This document shows, in pieces, positions 46,075 through 56,878 of a DNA stretch of 64,000 bases (position 1 is its first letter; each line of letters opens with the position of its first letter). The stretch lies in the NCBI GenBank assembly GCA_027488395.1, contig JAIYBT010000015.1, positions 116,679-180,678 on the forward strand, read 5' to 3'. The DNA comes from Methylophilaceae bacterium (lineage in GTDB: Bacteria; Pseudomonadota; Gammaproteobacteria; Burkholderiales; Methylophilaceae). The position numbers and the translations under genes were made by a program. Under the pieces are notes generated by a model that did not search any database, had not been told where the DNA came from, and worked only from the letters and a program-made list of their open reading frames with translations.

Positions 46075-46333
46075 GACGCTATTTTACCCACCTGTCAGGT
46101 TCATCGGTAAAAAAATCAAGCACTTGCAAGCGATTCATGGAGAACTTTGATAGGCGGCTTCAGAAAAAGTGCCGCCATTTTCTTATATTCAGCCAGCACA
46201 ATCAAGAAAGCTGTGAAATATGACCAAATTGGCGTTAAAATATTGGTTTTATTAATTTTTTAAGATATCGCGTGAACAGTTTCATGCGTATCGATCACAT
46301 TCGGTTTAACTCAATCATTTACGGACTTACAGC

Positions 46334-47041
46334 ATGGATAAAACTTTCCGCATTGCCCCTAGTATTCTTTCTGCAAACTTTGCCAAATTGGGTCAAGAAA
46401 TTGAAGACGTGATCAAATCAGGTACTGACATCGTGCATTTTGATGTGATGGATAACCACTATGTGCCTAACCTCACCATCGGTCCATTGGTGTGTGATGC
46501 AATCCGTGATTTGTCACACAATGTGGGTGCTTTAATCGATGTACATTTGATGGTCAAACCGGTAGACCGCATTATTCCTGACTTTGCCAAAGCGGGCGCA
46601 GACATTATTACCTTTCACCCAGAAGCCTCAGATCACATTGATCGTAGCTTGGCGTTGATTCGTGATCATGGCTGTAAATCTGGCTTGGTGTTTAACCCAG
46701 CCACGCCATTACACTACCTAGATTATGTAATGGACAAAGTGGATATGATTTTATTGATGTCGGTCAACCCTGGCTTCGGCGGTCAAAAATTTATTCCAGC
46801 CACCTTAGATAAGCTTAAACAAGCCCGTGCAAGGATTGATGCCTATACCGAAAAAACTGGCCGTCAAATTTGGCTTGAAGTGGATGGTGGTGTCAATGCC
46901 AACAACATTGCCGACATTGCCAAAGCGGGTGCAGATACCTTTGTTGCAGGCAGTGCGATTTTTGGCTCACCCAAAGACACCGATGCAAACCGTTATGACA
47001 GCGTGGTGGCTGCCATGCGTGCTGCTTTAGCCACGGTCTAA
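46334..47041 (+). CDS. rpe: Ribulose-phosphate 3-epimerase
   Basis: [40 protein letters not shown]. Confidence 0.98.
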   Translation: MDKTFRIAPSILSANFAKLGQEIEDVIKSGTDIVHFDVMDNHYVPNLTIGPLVCDAIRDLSHNVGALIDVHLMVKPVDRIIPDFAKAGADIITFHPEASDHIDRSLALIRDHGCKSGLVFNPATPLHYLDYVMDKVDMILLMSVNPGFGGQKFIPATLDKLKQARARIDAYTEKTGRQIWLEVDGGVNANNIADIAKAGADTFVAGSAIFGSPKDTDANRYDSVVAAMRAALATV

Positions 47042-47057
47042 GCCTCGGACTTACGCG

Positions 47058-47753
47058 ATGCGGTTTCAAGTGCAGTTGGTGATGTTTGATTTAGACGGCA
47101 CCTTGATTGACACCGCACCGCAAATTGCCGAAGCCGCCAATCAAATGTTAGCCGCGGTGGGGTTGCCAACCCGCCCCACCTCTGACATTGCAATGTATAT
47201 CGGTGAAGGCGTTCACCAGCTGATCAAGCGCTGTTTAACCGGCGGTTTACGTAGTGAGCCAGATCCGCTGTTATTGGCGAAAGCGGAGCCGATTTACCAG
47301 CAGTGCTACGCTGCCAATGCCACGCAAAGCACGCCATATGCGGGCGCACACAGCACTTTGTTAGCGCTCAAGCAGGCTGGTTTTCAGTTGGCCTGTGTGA
47401 CCAACAAACCAGAAAAATTCACTCAACCTTTGCTCGAAGCGACTGGATTAGCTGAATTTTTTGCCTGTGTTGTGTCGGGCGATAGTTTGGCTAAAAAGAA
47501 ACCAGATCCATTGCCGCTGTTGCATGTGTGTCAAACGCTACAGGTGTTACCAGCCCACGCCATGATGGTCGGAGATTCGGATACCGATATTACAGCGGCG
47601 CATCAGGCAGGCTGTTTTGTTGTGACCGTGCCTTATGGGTATAATCAGGGCCGTCCCTTGGCATTGGAACGTGTGGATGCCGAGATTGCACAACTGCACG
47701 AATTACCAGAAATAGTCGCGTTACCTGCACGCCAAATGCAGGGCAATTGTTAA
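47058..47753 (+). CDS. gph: Phosphoglycolate phosphatase
   Basis: FDLDGTLID, VTNKP, KKPDP, MVGDS; rpe-gph-trpE synteny. Confidence 0.93.
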   Translation: MRFQVQLVMFDLDGTLIDTAPQIAEAANQMLAAVGLPTRPTSDIAMYIGEGVHQLIKRCLTGGLRSEPDPLLLAKAEPIYQQCYAANATQSTPYAGAHSTLLALKQAGFQLACVTNKPEKFTQPLLEATGLAEFFACVVSGDSLAKKKPDPLPLLHVCQTLQVLPAHAMMVGDSDTDITAAHQAGCFVVTVPYGYNQGRPLALERVDAEIAQLHELPEIVALPARQMQGNC

Positions 47754-47770
47754 TGAAAAAGTGATTGATC

Positions 47771-47836
47771 ATGTCTCATGTGCATCATGATTTGGAAGTG
47801 CTAGCCCTATGCTGGCGCCCTTCGTGGCGGGCCTAG
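47771..47836 (+). CDS. Putative trp leader peptide (MSHVHHDLEVLALCWRPSWRA)
   Basis: 21-codon ORF with two TGG codons near its end, 66 nt upstream of trpE, overlapped by hairpins. Confidence 0.65.
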   Translation: MSHVHHDLEVLALCWRPSWRA

Positions 47837-47902
47837 GCCTAAGCAACGACGAATTTTTGCGCATGGTTTGCGCACCCAAGTGATGAATTTGAAAGCACCC
47901 GC

Positions 47903-49411
47903 ATGTTAAACACGATCTCTCAAACCGATTTTAATCATTTAGCCAGTCAAGGCTATAACCGCATACCACTGGTATTAGACACCTATGCTGATTTAGATAC
48001 ACCGCTGTCACTGTATTTAAAGCTGGCCAACCGTCCGTATTCTTATTTATTAGAAAGTGTGCAAGGCGGCGAGCGCTTTGGCCGCTATTCAATCATTGGC
48101 TTACCTGCCACCACACGCATTGAAGTGCGTGATCAACACATTCAAGTGTTGCAACATGATGTGGTGGTGGAAAGTCACCGCGATATCAATCCGCTCGATT
48201 TTGTAAAAGCGTATTTGGCGCGTTTTAAAACACCCCCCTATGCAGGTTTGCCGCGATTTACGGGTGGCCTAGCAGGCTATTTTGGTTACGAGACCATACA
48301 ATATATCGAAAAACGGTTAGGCCAAACAGCTAAGCCCGATGTATTGGGTGTGCCCGATATTTTACTGATGGTGTCGGAAGAAATTGCCGTGGTGGATAAC
48401 TTATCTGGCAAGCTTTATTTTATTGTGTATGCCGATCCTGCCAAGCCAAACGCCTATGACGATGCTTGCGCGCGGTTGCATGAGTTGCTGGCCAAATTGC
48501 GCACGCCAGTGTCTGTGCCAGTCGCCTTGCCCACGCAAAAAACCCAAGCTGAATCTGGCTTTGGTGAAGCCGCATTTAAAGCGGCCGTGCACAAAGCGCA
48601 ACAATATATTTTAGAAGGTGACATCATGCAGGTGGTGTTGAGTCAACGCTTATCGCAAGCGTTTGATGCGCCACCACTCAGCCTGTACCGCGCCTTGCGC
48701 AGCGTCAATCCATCGCCTTATATGTTTTATTACGATATGGGCGATCACCATGTGGTGGGCGCATCACCAGAAATTTTAGTCCGTTTAGAAGACACCACCG
48801 TCACCTCACGCCCGATTGCAGGCACCCGCCCGCGCGGCAAACACCGTGAACACGATATTGCGCTTGAGCAAGAGTTGCTAGCTGACCCTAAAGAACGTGC
48901 TGAGCATGTACAGTTAATGGATTTAGGCCGCAATGATGTCGGTCGAGTCGCGCTGACCGGTACGGTGAAAGTGACCGATAACATGATGATCGAGCGCTAC
49001 TCGCACGTCATGCATATTGTCAGCAACGTTGAAGGTCAGCTAAAACCGGGGTTAGATGCGATTGATGTGTTAAAAGCGACCTTTCCAGCCGGTACCGTTT
49101 CGGGTGCGCCCAAAGTACGCGCCATGGAAATTATCCAAGAATTAGAACCCACCAAGCGTGGCATTTACGCCGGCGCTGTCGGCTATTTAGGCTTTAATGG
49201 CGATATGGATGTAGCGATTGCCATTCGCACCGCGGTAATTAAAGACCAGATGTTATATGTGCAAGCAGGCGCTGGCATTGTCGCCGATTCGGTACCGCAA
49301 AGTGAGTGGGACGAAACCCAAAACAAAGCCAAAGCGGTGATCCGAGCCGCACAATTGGTGCAAGATGGCCTGGATATTGCAGTGCCATCCACCACGCAGA
49401 AAGGGGCTTAA
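47903..49411 (+). CDS. trpE: Anthranilate synthase component I
   Basis: [42 protein letters not shown]. Confidence 0.98.
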   Translation: MLNTISQTDFNHLASQGYNRIPLVLDTYADLDTPLSLYLKLANRPYSYLLESVQGGERFGRYSIIGLPATTRIEVRDQHIQVLQHDVVVESHRDINPLDFVKAYLARFKTPPYAGLPRFTGGLAGYFGYETIQYIEKRLGQTAKPDVLGVPDILLMVSEEIAVVDNLSGKLYFIVYADPAKPNAYDDACARLHELLAKLRTPVSVPVALPTQKTQAESGFGEAAFKAAVHKAQQYILEGDIMQVVLSQRLSQAFDAPPLSLYRALRSVNPSPYMFYYDMGDHHVVGASPEILVRLEDTTVTSRPIAGTRPRGKHREHDIALEQELLADPKERAEHVQLMDLGRNDVGRVALTGTVKVTDNMMIERYSHVMHIVSNVEGQLKPGLDAIDVLKATFPAGTVSGAPKVRAMEIIQELEPTKRGIYAGAVGYLGFNGDMDVAIAIRTAVIKDQMLYVQAGAGIVADSVPQSEWDETQNKAKAVIRAAQLVQDGLDIAVPSTTQKGA

Positions 49412-49412
49412 C

Positions 49413-49979
49413 ATGCTGTTAATGATCGATAACTACGATTCGTTTACCTATAACTTGGTGCAATATTTTGGTGAGCTTGGCCAGGATGTGCGGGTGTATC
49501 GTAACGATGAAATCACCTTGGCTGAGATTGAAGCCATGCAACCTGAAAAAATTGTACTCTCCCCTGGTCCCTGCACGCCAAACGAGGCAGGGGTATCGAT
49601 ACCAACCATTCATGCCTTTGCAGGCAAAATTCCACTCCTTGGCGTATGTTTGGGACACCAAAGCATCGGCCAAGCGTTTGGCGGTCGTATTATTAAAGCC
49701 AAAACCTTGATGCACGGTAAAACCTCACTCATTCACCACACCAATACTGGGGTGTTTAGAGATTTACCCAATCCGTATACCGCCACCCGTTACCATTCAT
49801 TGGTGATTGAGCGCGACACCCTGCCTGACTGCCTAGAAATCACTGCATGGACCGATGACGGTGAGATCATGGGCGTTAAGCATAAAACCTTGGCGGTCGA
49901 GGGCGTGCAGTTTCACCCTGAATCGATCTTGACTGAGCATGGTCACGATTTACTCAATAATTTTTTAACTGCCTATTAA
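49413..49979 (+). CDS. trpG: Anthranilate synthase glutamine amidotransferase component II
   Basis: [32 protein letters not shown]; start ATG 49413. Confidence 0.96.
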   Translation: MLLMIDNYDSFTYNLVQYFGELGQDVRVYRNDEITLAEIEAMQPEKIVLSPGPCTPNEAGVSIPTIHAFAGKIPLLGVCLGHQSIGQAFGGRIIKAKTLMHGKTSLIHHTNTGVFRDLPNPYTATRYHSLVIERDTLPDCLEITAWTDDGEIMGVKHKTLAVEGVQFHPESILTEHGHDLLNNFLTAY

Positions 49980-49990
49980 ATACGCAAGCT

Positions 49991-50998
49991 ATGTTTAAAT
50001 CAGCGCTCAATCAATTGCTTGCTCGCCAAGATTTAAGTCACGACGACATGCTCGTTGTCATGCAACAAGTGATGGGCGGTGAGCTTTCGCCTGCGCAAAT
50101 TGCGGCCTTTTTAATTGCGTTGCGCATGAAGGGTGAAACCGTGGATGAAATTGCCGCGGCCGCAACGGTAATGCGTCAACTGTCGACCAAGGTGCAATTG
50201 CCCGATACTACCCATTTGGTGGATACCTGTGGCACAGGCGGTGACGGTATTCAAACCTTTAATGTATCGACGGCATCGGCCTTTGTGGCGGCTGCCGCAG
50301 GGGCAAAAGTAGCCAAACACGGTGGCCGCTCGGTGTCATCCACTTGTGGCAGTGCCGATGTGCTCGAAGCCTTGGGCGTCAGTGTGCAGTTAAGCCCTGC
50401 GCAAGTTGCGCAGGCGGTTAACCATATAGGCATAGGTTTTATGTTTGCGCCCAACCACCATAGCGCCATGAAACATGCAGCGCCCGTGCGCCGTGAGTTA
50501 GGTGTGCGTACCTTATTTAATTTATTAGGCCCGCTCACCAACCCTGCAAGCGCTAAGCGACAGGTGATGGGGGTATTTGATCAAGCCTTAACCGCTAAAT
50601 TGGCGCAAGTGTTGCACAAGCTGGGTTCCAGCCATGTGCTGGTGGTGCATGGCGCCGATGGGATGGATGAAATTTCTTTTACAGGCGACACCCACATCGC
50701 TGAGTTAAAGGATGGGCATGTGCATGAATATACCGTGCATCCAAACCAATTTGGTTTACCTGTGCATTCCCTCGCTGAGATTCAAATTGCCGATGCGCAA
50801 GCATCTAAAGCGATGATTTTAAATGTGTTGCAGGGCCAACCGGGTGCGGCGCGCGATATTGTATTAATGAACGCAGGTGCTGCGATTTATGTGGCGGGCA
50901 TTGCAGATAGTTTAGACGCGGGTATCCAACAAGCGGCACACGTGATCGACGCAGGATTGGCCATGCAAACCTTAGATGCTTTGAAAGCCATGCAATGA
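49991..50998 (+). CDS. trpD: Anthranilate phosphoribosyltransferase
   Basis: DTCGTGGDG, FNVST, KHGGRSVSS, FNLLGPLTNP. Confidence 0.98.
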   Translation: MFKSALNQLLARQDLSHDDMLVVMQQVMGGELSPAQIAAFLIALRMKGETVDEIAAAATVMRQLSTKVQLPDTTHLVDTCGTGGDGIQTFNVSTASAFVAAAAGAKVAKHGGRSVSSTCGSADVLEALGVSVQLSPAQVAQAVNHIGIGFMFAPNHHSAMKHAAPVRRELGVRTLFNLLGPLTNPASAKRQVMGVFDQALTAKLAQVLHKLGSSHVLVVHGADGMDEISFTGDTHIAELKDGHVHEYTVHPNQFGLPVHSLAEIQIADAQASKAMILNVLQGQPGAARDIVLMNAGAAIYVAGIADSLDAGIQQAAHVIDAGLAMQTLDALKAMQ

Positions 50999-51528
50999 AT
51001 CGCCATATGGTGATTGCACTGATCAGCTTAACCGTGGTGGCATGTTTACAAACACCGCAATCTGACCAAGCAGTATCTGCCAAGCAATCCACTGTTGCGG
51101 TTAAAAGCACCGTTCAAAGTGTCAACTTAGCGCCATTGGGCGATCGCCCGACTACGCAATCCTTATCGGGCCAATTGCAAGTTGGCCAAGCAAATGCAGG
51201 TAATCAAGCCGTTGTGCAAGCGTTTGCGCAAAAACAAAGCCATATTTGGCTATCAGGAAGCGGCCAAGTAGTGAAACTGCTGCCAGATGACAACCAAGGC
51301 GCGCGCCACCAACGGTTTTTGCTTCGCGTCAATCCGCAACAAACCTTATTATTTGCCCACAATATTGATTTAGCGCCACGTGTTGCCGAGCTGGCAGTGG
51401 GCGATGCAATCAGTTTTCGCGGGGAATATGTGTATCACCCCAAAGGCGGCATCATGCATTGGACGCATCATGACCCACAAGGCCAACACCACGGCTTTAT
51501 TCAATCGCATGGTCAAACCTATCAATAA
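50995..51528 (+). CDS. DUF3465-like lipoprotein
   Basis: Lipobox VVAC; LPDDNQGARHQRF, AHNIDLAPR, GEY, HWTHHDP. Confidence 0.82.
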   Translation: MNRHMVIALISLTVVACLQTPQSDQAVSAKQSTVAVKSTVQSVNLAPLGDRPTTQSLSGQLQVGQANAGNQAVVQAFAQKQSHIWLSGSGQVVKLLPDDNQGARHQRFLLRVNPQQTLLFAHNIDLAPRVAELAVGDAISFRGEYVYHPKGGIMHWTHHDPQGQHHGFIQSHGQTYQ

Positions 51529-51577
51529 AGCGGTTGCCAAACGCCTTAACACCTAAATTACAAGCGAAGCGAGACGG

Positions 51578-52372
51578 ATGATGTCGGATATTTTAAATAA
51601 AATTTTAGCCACCAAACGTGAAGAAGTGGCCGCAGGCCTAAACAAAACATCGCTCGAGGCCATGCGTGATTTAGCCTTAAGCCAACCAGATTGTCGTGAT
51701 TTTATTGGCAATATCGTTAAAAAAGTCGATGCCAGTAAACCTGCAGTGATTGCCGAAATTAAAAAAGCCAGCCCGTCTAAGGGCGTGATACGCGAAGATT
51801 TTGACCCAGCGGCCATCGCCAAAAGCTACGAACAAGGTGGCGCAGCTTGCTTATCGGTGCTGACAGACAGCCAATACTTTCAAGGCTCGACCGCTTATTT
51901 GCAACAAGCCCGTGCCGCATGCAAACTGCCTGTATTGCGTAAAGATTTTATGATAGATCCCTATCAAGTGTATGAAGCCCGCGCCATGGGTGCCGATTGT
52001 ATTTTGTTAATTGCCGCCGCCCTCGATTTAGGCCAATTACAAACGCTAGAACTCACCGCCCACAATTTAGGCATGGCGGTATTGGTAGAAGTGCATAACG
52101 CAGAAGAACTCAATTTGGCGTTGCAACTCGAAACCCCATTACTCGGTATCAATAACCGTAACTTACGCACTTTTGAAGTCAGCCTACAAACCACCTTAGA
52201 GTTACTCGAAGATATCCCAGAAGACCGCTTTGTGGTGACGGAGTCGGGTATTTTTACCCCAGAAGATGTCGCGCTGATGCGCAGCCATGATGTGCATGGC
52301 TTTTTGGTAGGCGAGGCGTTTATGCGCCAAGACGACCCCGGTGCGGAGCTGGCGCGCGTGTTTGCTAAATAA
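51578..52372 (+). CDS. trpC: Indole-3-glycerol phosphate synthase
   Basis: [33 protein letters not shown]. Confidence 0.98.
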   Translation: MMSDILNKILATKREEVAAGLNKTSLEAMRDLALSQPDCRDFIGNIVKKVDASKPAVIAEIKKASPSKGVIREDFDPAAIAKSYEQGGAACLSVLTDSQYFQGSTAYLQQARAACKLPVLRKDFMIDPYQVYEARAMGADCILLIAAALDLGQLQTLELTAHNLGMAVLVEVHNAEELNLALQLETPLLGINNRNLRTFEVSLQTTLELLEDIPEDRFVVTESGIFTPEDVALMRSHDVHGFLVGEAFMRQDDPGAELARVFAK

Positions 52373-52413
52373 TGCAGCCCCGCATGCCAAGTTAAGCAGC
52401 TGACTACACATAG

Positions 52414-53457
<1,044 letters not shown>

Positions 53458-53480
53458 CCTGTTCAAGTGGATACCCATAT

Positions 53481-53511
53481 AAAAAAACCAGCGACATTCG
53501 CTGGTTTTTTT
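53481..53511. terminator. Bidirectional intrinsic terminator (hemB / TetR)
   Basis: AAAAAAACCAGCGA-CAT-TCGCTGGTTTTTTT. Confidence 0.92.
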
Positions 53512-53568
53512 ATGCCCACACTCACATGTTTTTCAATGCGATTGATTTTAAATTTTTTTAAAACCACA

Positions 53569-54195
53569 TTAGGCTGTTGCTTTAAGCGTTGCTGTTGGCC
53601 ATTGCTTGAGTGCAAAATCCGCCAATGCCAGCAGTTCCTCTCGCGTGGCGCCACTGGTGGCTTGCACGGACATGCCTTGGTGCAACGTGGCTAATAACTT
53701 AGCAAGTAATTGAGGGTTGGCATCCTCAGCTAAATCCCCTGCTATCAACGCTTGTTCAAAACGCGTGGCTAACAGTTGCTCATAGCCCGCTCGGTACTGA
53801 ATTAACAATTGCTTCACCGTGCCAGCGTGATCCCCAATGGATAATGCAGCTTGCACAATCATGCAGCCCTTGGGGTGTGTTGCATCGGTTAAAAACGTTG
53901 CGGCCTGATATAAAAACGCTTGTGCAACTTTAAATGCGGTGGGTTCGCGTACCACCGCTTGCACAAATGCCGCTGGGCCAGCGGTATATTTGGCTAATGC
54001 TTTTTGAAACAACGCTTCTTTATTGCCAAACGCCGCATACAAGCTGGGTTTATTAATGCCTAAGGTTTCTGTAAACTCGGCAACCGAGGCGCCCTCATAG
54101 CCTTTTTCCCAAAAAATAAATAACGCTTGATCAAGCGCTTCATCCATATCAAACACTCTAGGTCGTCCGCGCGATTTTTTCACTTCGGTAGTCAT
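53569..54195 (-). CDS. TetR-family regulator (ComR/YcfQ-like N-terminus)
   Basis: VKKSRGRPRVFD...FWEKGYEGAS...KPSLYAAFGNKEALF; likely start ATG 54195. Confidence 0.93.
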   Translation of the reverse strand: MTTEVKKSRGRPRVFDMDEALDQALFIFWEKGYEGASVAEFTETLGINKPSLYAAFGNKEALFQKALAKYTAGPAAFVQAVVREPTAFKVAQAFLYQAATFLTDATHPKGCMIVQAALSIGDHAGTVKQLLIQYRAGYEQLLATRFEQALIAGDLAEDANPQLLAKLLATLHQGMSVQATSGATREELLALADFALKQWPTATLKATA

Positions 54196-54219
54196 GGCTG
54201 TATTCACTAAAAAATTAAT

Positions 54220-54290
54220 ATACCAATTGTTACAAATAATAGTTGACAACGCAAGTCGTACAAGATTAATATTTATATACCGATTGGTAT
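54220..54290. promoter_or_regulatory. Divergent tetR/SDR promoter with two operator-like palindromes
   Basis: ATACCGATTGGTAT (54277-54290) and ATACCAATTGTTAC (54220-54233); TTGACA at 54243 and TAATAT at 54267. Confidence 0.7.
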
Positions 54291-54327
54291 TTATATACTT
54301 CAATCTTCATTTTAACTGTTAAAAAAG

Positions 54328-55140
54328 GTGGCAATCATGAGTTTAAAAGTACATCAAGGCAAAGCATTAATTACTGGCGCATCCACAGGCATGGGCGCGG
54401 TGTATGCAGATCGTTTAGCAAAGCGTGGTTATGATCTTGTGCTGGCAGCACGCGATGAAACAAAATTAAATGCAGTGGCCAGCCAACTAAGAGCCTCCTA
54501 TTCGGTTGAAGTCACTGTCCACGCAGCTGATCTCACCAACCCGACAGCGTTGGACAATGTCGAAACCCTGTTAAAAACCGATCAAGACATCAACCTATTG
54601 GTGAACAACGCTGGCTTAGGCGCAGTCACCAAATTAGCCGAATCCAATATCAACGATATCGAAACCATGATTTCACTCAACGTGATCGCGCTCACCAGAT
54701 TATCCAGCGCCATCGTGCCGCAATTCATCAGCAAAGGGCAGGGCGCCATCATCAATATCGCCTCCATCGTCGCGTTAGCGCCCGAACTCCTCAACGGTGC
54801 CTACAGCGGCTCAAAAGCCTATGTGGTGAACTTTACCCAATCCATGCATCACGAACTCGCCGATAAAGGCATCCGCGTGCAAGCCGTACTTCCCGGAGCC
54901 ATTGATACCCCGTTTTGGGATAAAAGCGGTTTACCTGTCAACAACCTGCCCGCACAAATTGTCATGACACCAGAAAAGTTGGTAGATGCAGCACTTGCAG
55001 GCTTTGATTTAGGTGAAGTCATCACCATTCCATCTTTACCTAATATTGAAGATTGGCATGCATTAGAACATGCAAGAAAAGCACTAGCTCCTAACTTGTC
55101 GCATACCACACCGGCTGAGCGGTATTTGTCAGTTGCTTAG
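54328..55140 (+). CDS. Short-chain dehydrogenase/reductase
   Basis: TGASTGMG, NNAG, YSGSK catalytic YxxxK, PG motif. Confidence 0.95.
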   Translation: MAIMSLKVHQGKALITGASTGMGAVYADRLAKRGYDLVLAARDETKLNAVASQLRASYSVEVTVHAADLTNPTALDNVETLLKTDQDINLLVNNAGLGAVTKLAESNINDIETMISLNVIALTRLSSAIVPQFISKGQGAIINIASIVALAPELLNGAYSGSKAYVVNFTQSMHHELADKGIRVQAVLPGAIDTPFWDKSGLPVNNLPAQIVMTPEKLVDAALAGFDLGEVITIPSLPNIEDWHALEHARKALAPNLSHTTPAERYLSVA

Positions 55141-55160
55141 CGCGTTTTAATTGCTCACCC

Positions 55161-55191
55161 AAAAAAGCCAGCTTCAATTGCTGGCTTTTTT
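55161..55191 (+). terminator. Intrinsic terminator after the SDR gene
   Basis: AAAAAAGCCAGC-TTCAATT-GCTGGCTTTTTT. Confidence 0.92.
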
Positions 55192-55199
55192 ATTGCTAT

Positions 55200-55234
55200 A
55201 TGTGACTTAAAGTCCGTGGATTTATAAGCAACAA
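55200..55234 (+). promoter_or_regulatory. C-box (tandem controller-protein operator)
   Basis: ATGTGACTTAAAGTCCGTGGATTTATAAGCAACAA: GACT-N3-AGTC left operator, central GT, degenerate right operator; 28/35 identity to the C.Esp1396I operator as I recall it. Confidence 0.85.
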
Positions 55235-55254
55235 GAACGCACCATCATTTAAAA

Positions 55255-55506
55255 ATGAGTAAACCCATGGAAACAAATATTCTGATTATTTTTGGTGCGG
55301 GCGTCAGACAGTTCCGCCTAGCGCAACAGCTTAGCCAAGAACAGCTTGCCCTAAAAGCAAATTTAGATAGGACTTATATCAGCGGCGTAGAGCGTGGTGT
55401 CAGAAATATTAGTTTGCTTAATATCCAAAAAATTGCCAACGCTTTAAATGTGACGCTACCCGTGCTTTTTAACGCGATTCAGCCACCTACAGAGGAAAAT
55501 CAATGA
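55255..55506 (+). CDS. XRE-family HTH controller (C) protein of restriction systems
   Basis: FGAGVRQFR...LSQEQLA...LDRTYISGVERGVRNISLLNIQKIANAL; directly behind the C-box. Confidence 0.9.
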   Translation: MSKPMETNILIIFGAGVRQFRLAQQLSQEQLALKANLDRTYISGVERGVRNISLLNIQKIANALNVTLPVLFNAIQPPTEENQ

Positions 55507-56875
55507 TTGATCAACTCATACAGTTGTTTAAAAACAAAGCAGAGGCGTTTGGGGCGGACCCAACAAAAGAGTTTGTTTTGCGTAATAACACCAAACCAGA
55601 ATCGTTAAATGATAACGGTGCTTACTTTGGCTTAATTTCGCCTGATGAGGAGAGTTCAGGCCAATTCCATGATTTTTCAATTGTGATGTTTCCGAACGTT
55701 GAACAAAAGCCCTATTTACTCACATTAGGTATTGGAAGTTTAGGTTTTAAGAACGACTATGAATTAGCTACTTATCCTGGTCTTAGACGGTTATTTTTAA
55801 AACTTATTGATGAAAATGGGTCTATCAAGTCTGATTTTTCGGATATCGATACAAATTTACCAAAGCCATTTATTAATCGACCTGAGTTACAACATATAAA
55901 AAACACGTTAGGTAAATATACAAAAGTATTGCCAGTGGCACAGATTATCGATGACCCACTACATCCAGAATCACAAAAGCGTATTTCAGCATTTATAGCT
56001 GCTTACGCATTTATACGTGGTTGGCCAAGTAACGATTCACATCGCAAAGCAATAGCGCAAGCTTTATCAAATTACAATCTGACGGATAGTGAGTCAGATG
56101 AAACGCAGGTGAAACGTTTGTTACTTGCGAGAAAGTTTGTCGTTTTGCAGGGCGCACCCGGCACAGGGAAAACCACGCTGGCTAAAAAGATTGGCCATGA
56201 AATTGCACAGTCAATTTACTTTACGCAATTTCATGCTGAAACCAGCTATGTAGATTTTGTCTCAGGTATTCAACCCGACGTTGAGAATAACAGTCTGCGC
56301 TATGTGCATCGGGATGGAGTGTTTGTACAAGCTGTGAAATATGCGGTGGAAAATCCAACACAAAAAGTGATTTTGCTGATTGATGAAATCAATCGTGCGA
56401 ATTTAGCCAGCGTACTCGGTCCGGCTTTTTATTTGTTTGAATATCAAATGCAAGCAACTATGACCAAAATAGATCTCACGCCAAATTTTTCAATCGAGGC
56501 TTTACCAGACAATTTTTATGTGATGGCAACCATGAATACCTCAGATCGTAGTTTAGCGGTGGTGGATTTTGCGCTACGTAGACGGTTTGCTTGGTACACT
56601 TTAAAACCCAAGCCACTGAGTATCAGCCATTTTTATAAAAAGGATTTTGACGAAATTGATAGGATCTTTAATTGGTATGCCAACGAAAACAAATAAATTT
56701 ACAACCGGGTCAAGGGTACTTTATTGCCGCAGACGAAGCAGCCATGCAAGACCGCATTCGTTATGAGATTTACCCATTAATCAAAGAATATTTGTTTGAA
56801 GGCCTGCTACAACATGCCAAAGAGGAATTTAACAGTTATTTTTTAAACAGAATCCAACAACCGCTTTTTGAGTAA
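55503..56875 (+). pseudogene. mcrB: McrB-like AAA+ GTPase, split by a 1-nt frameshift near 56690
   Basis: Walker A GAPGTGKT, Walker B IDEINRAN, McrB signature MNTSDRS, ALRRRF; frame stops at 56696 while the -1 frame (56672-56875) continues INLQPGQGYF...YEIYPLIKEY, a typical McrB C-terminus. Confidence 0.8.
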
Positions 56876-56878
56876 CGC

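Noticed and set aside
46075-46333. CRP/FNR-like half-sites in the hemA-rpe divergent promoter
   Set aside because: Best match (CGTGA-N6-TCATG) is too degenerate to support a call.
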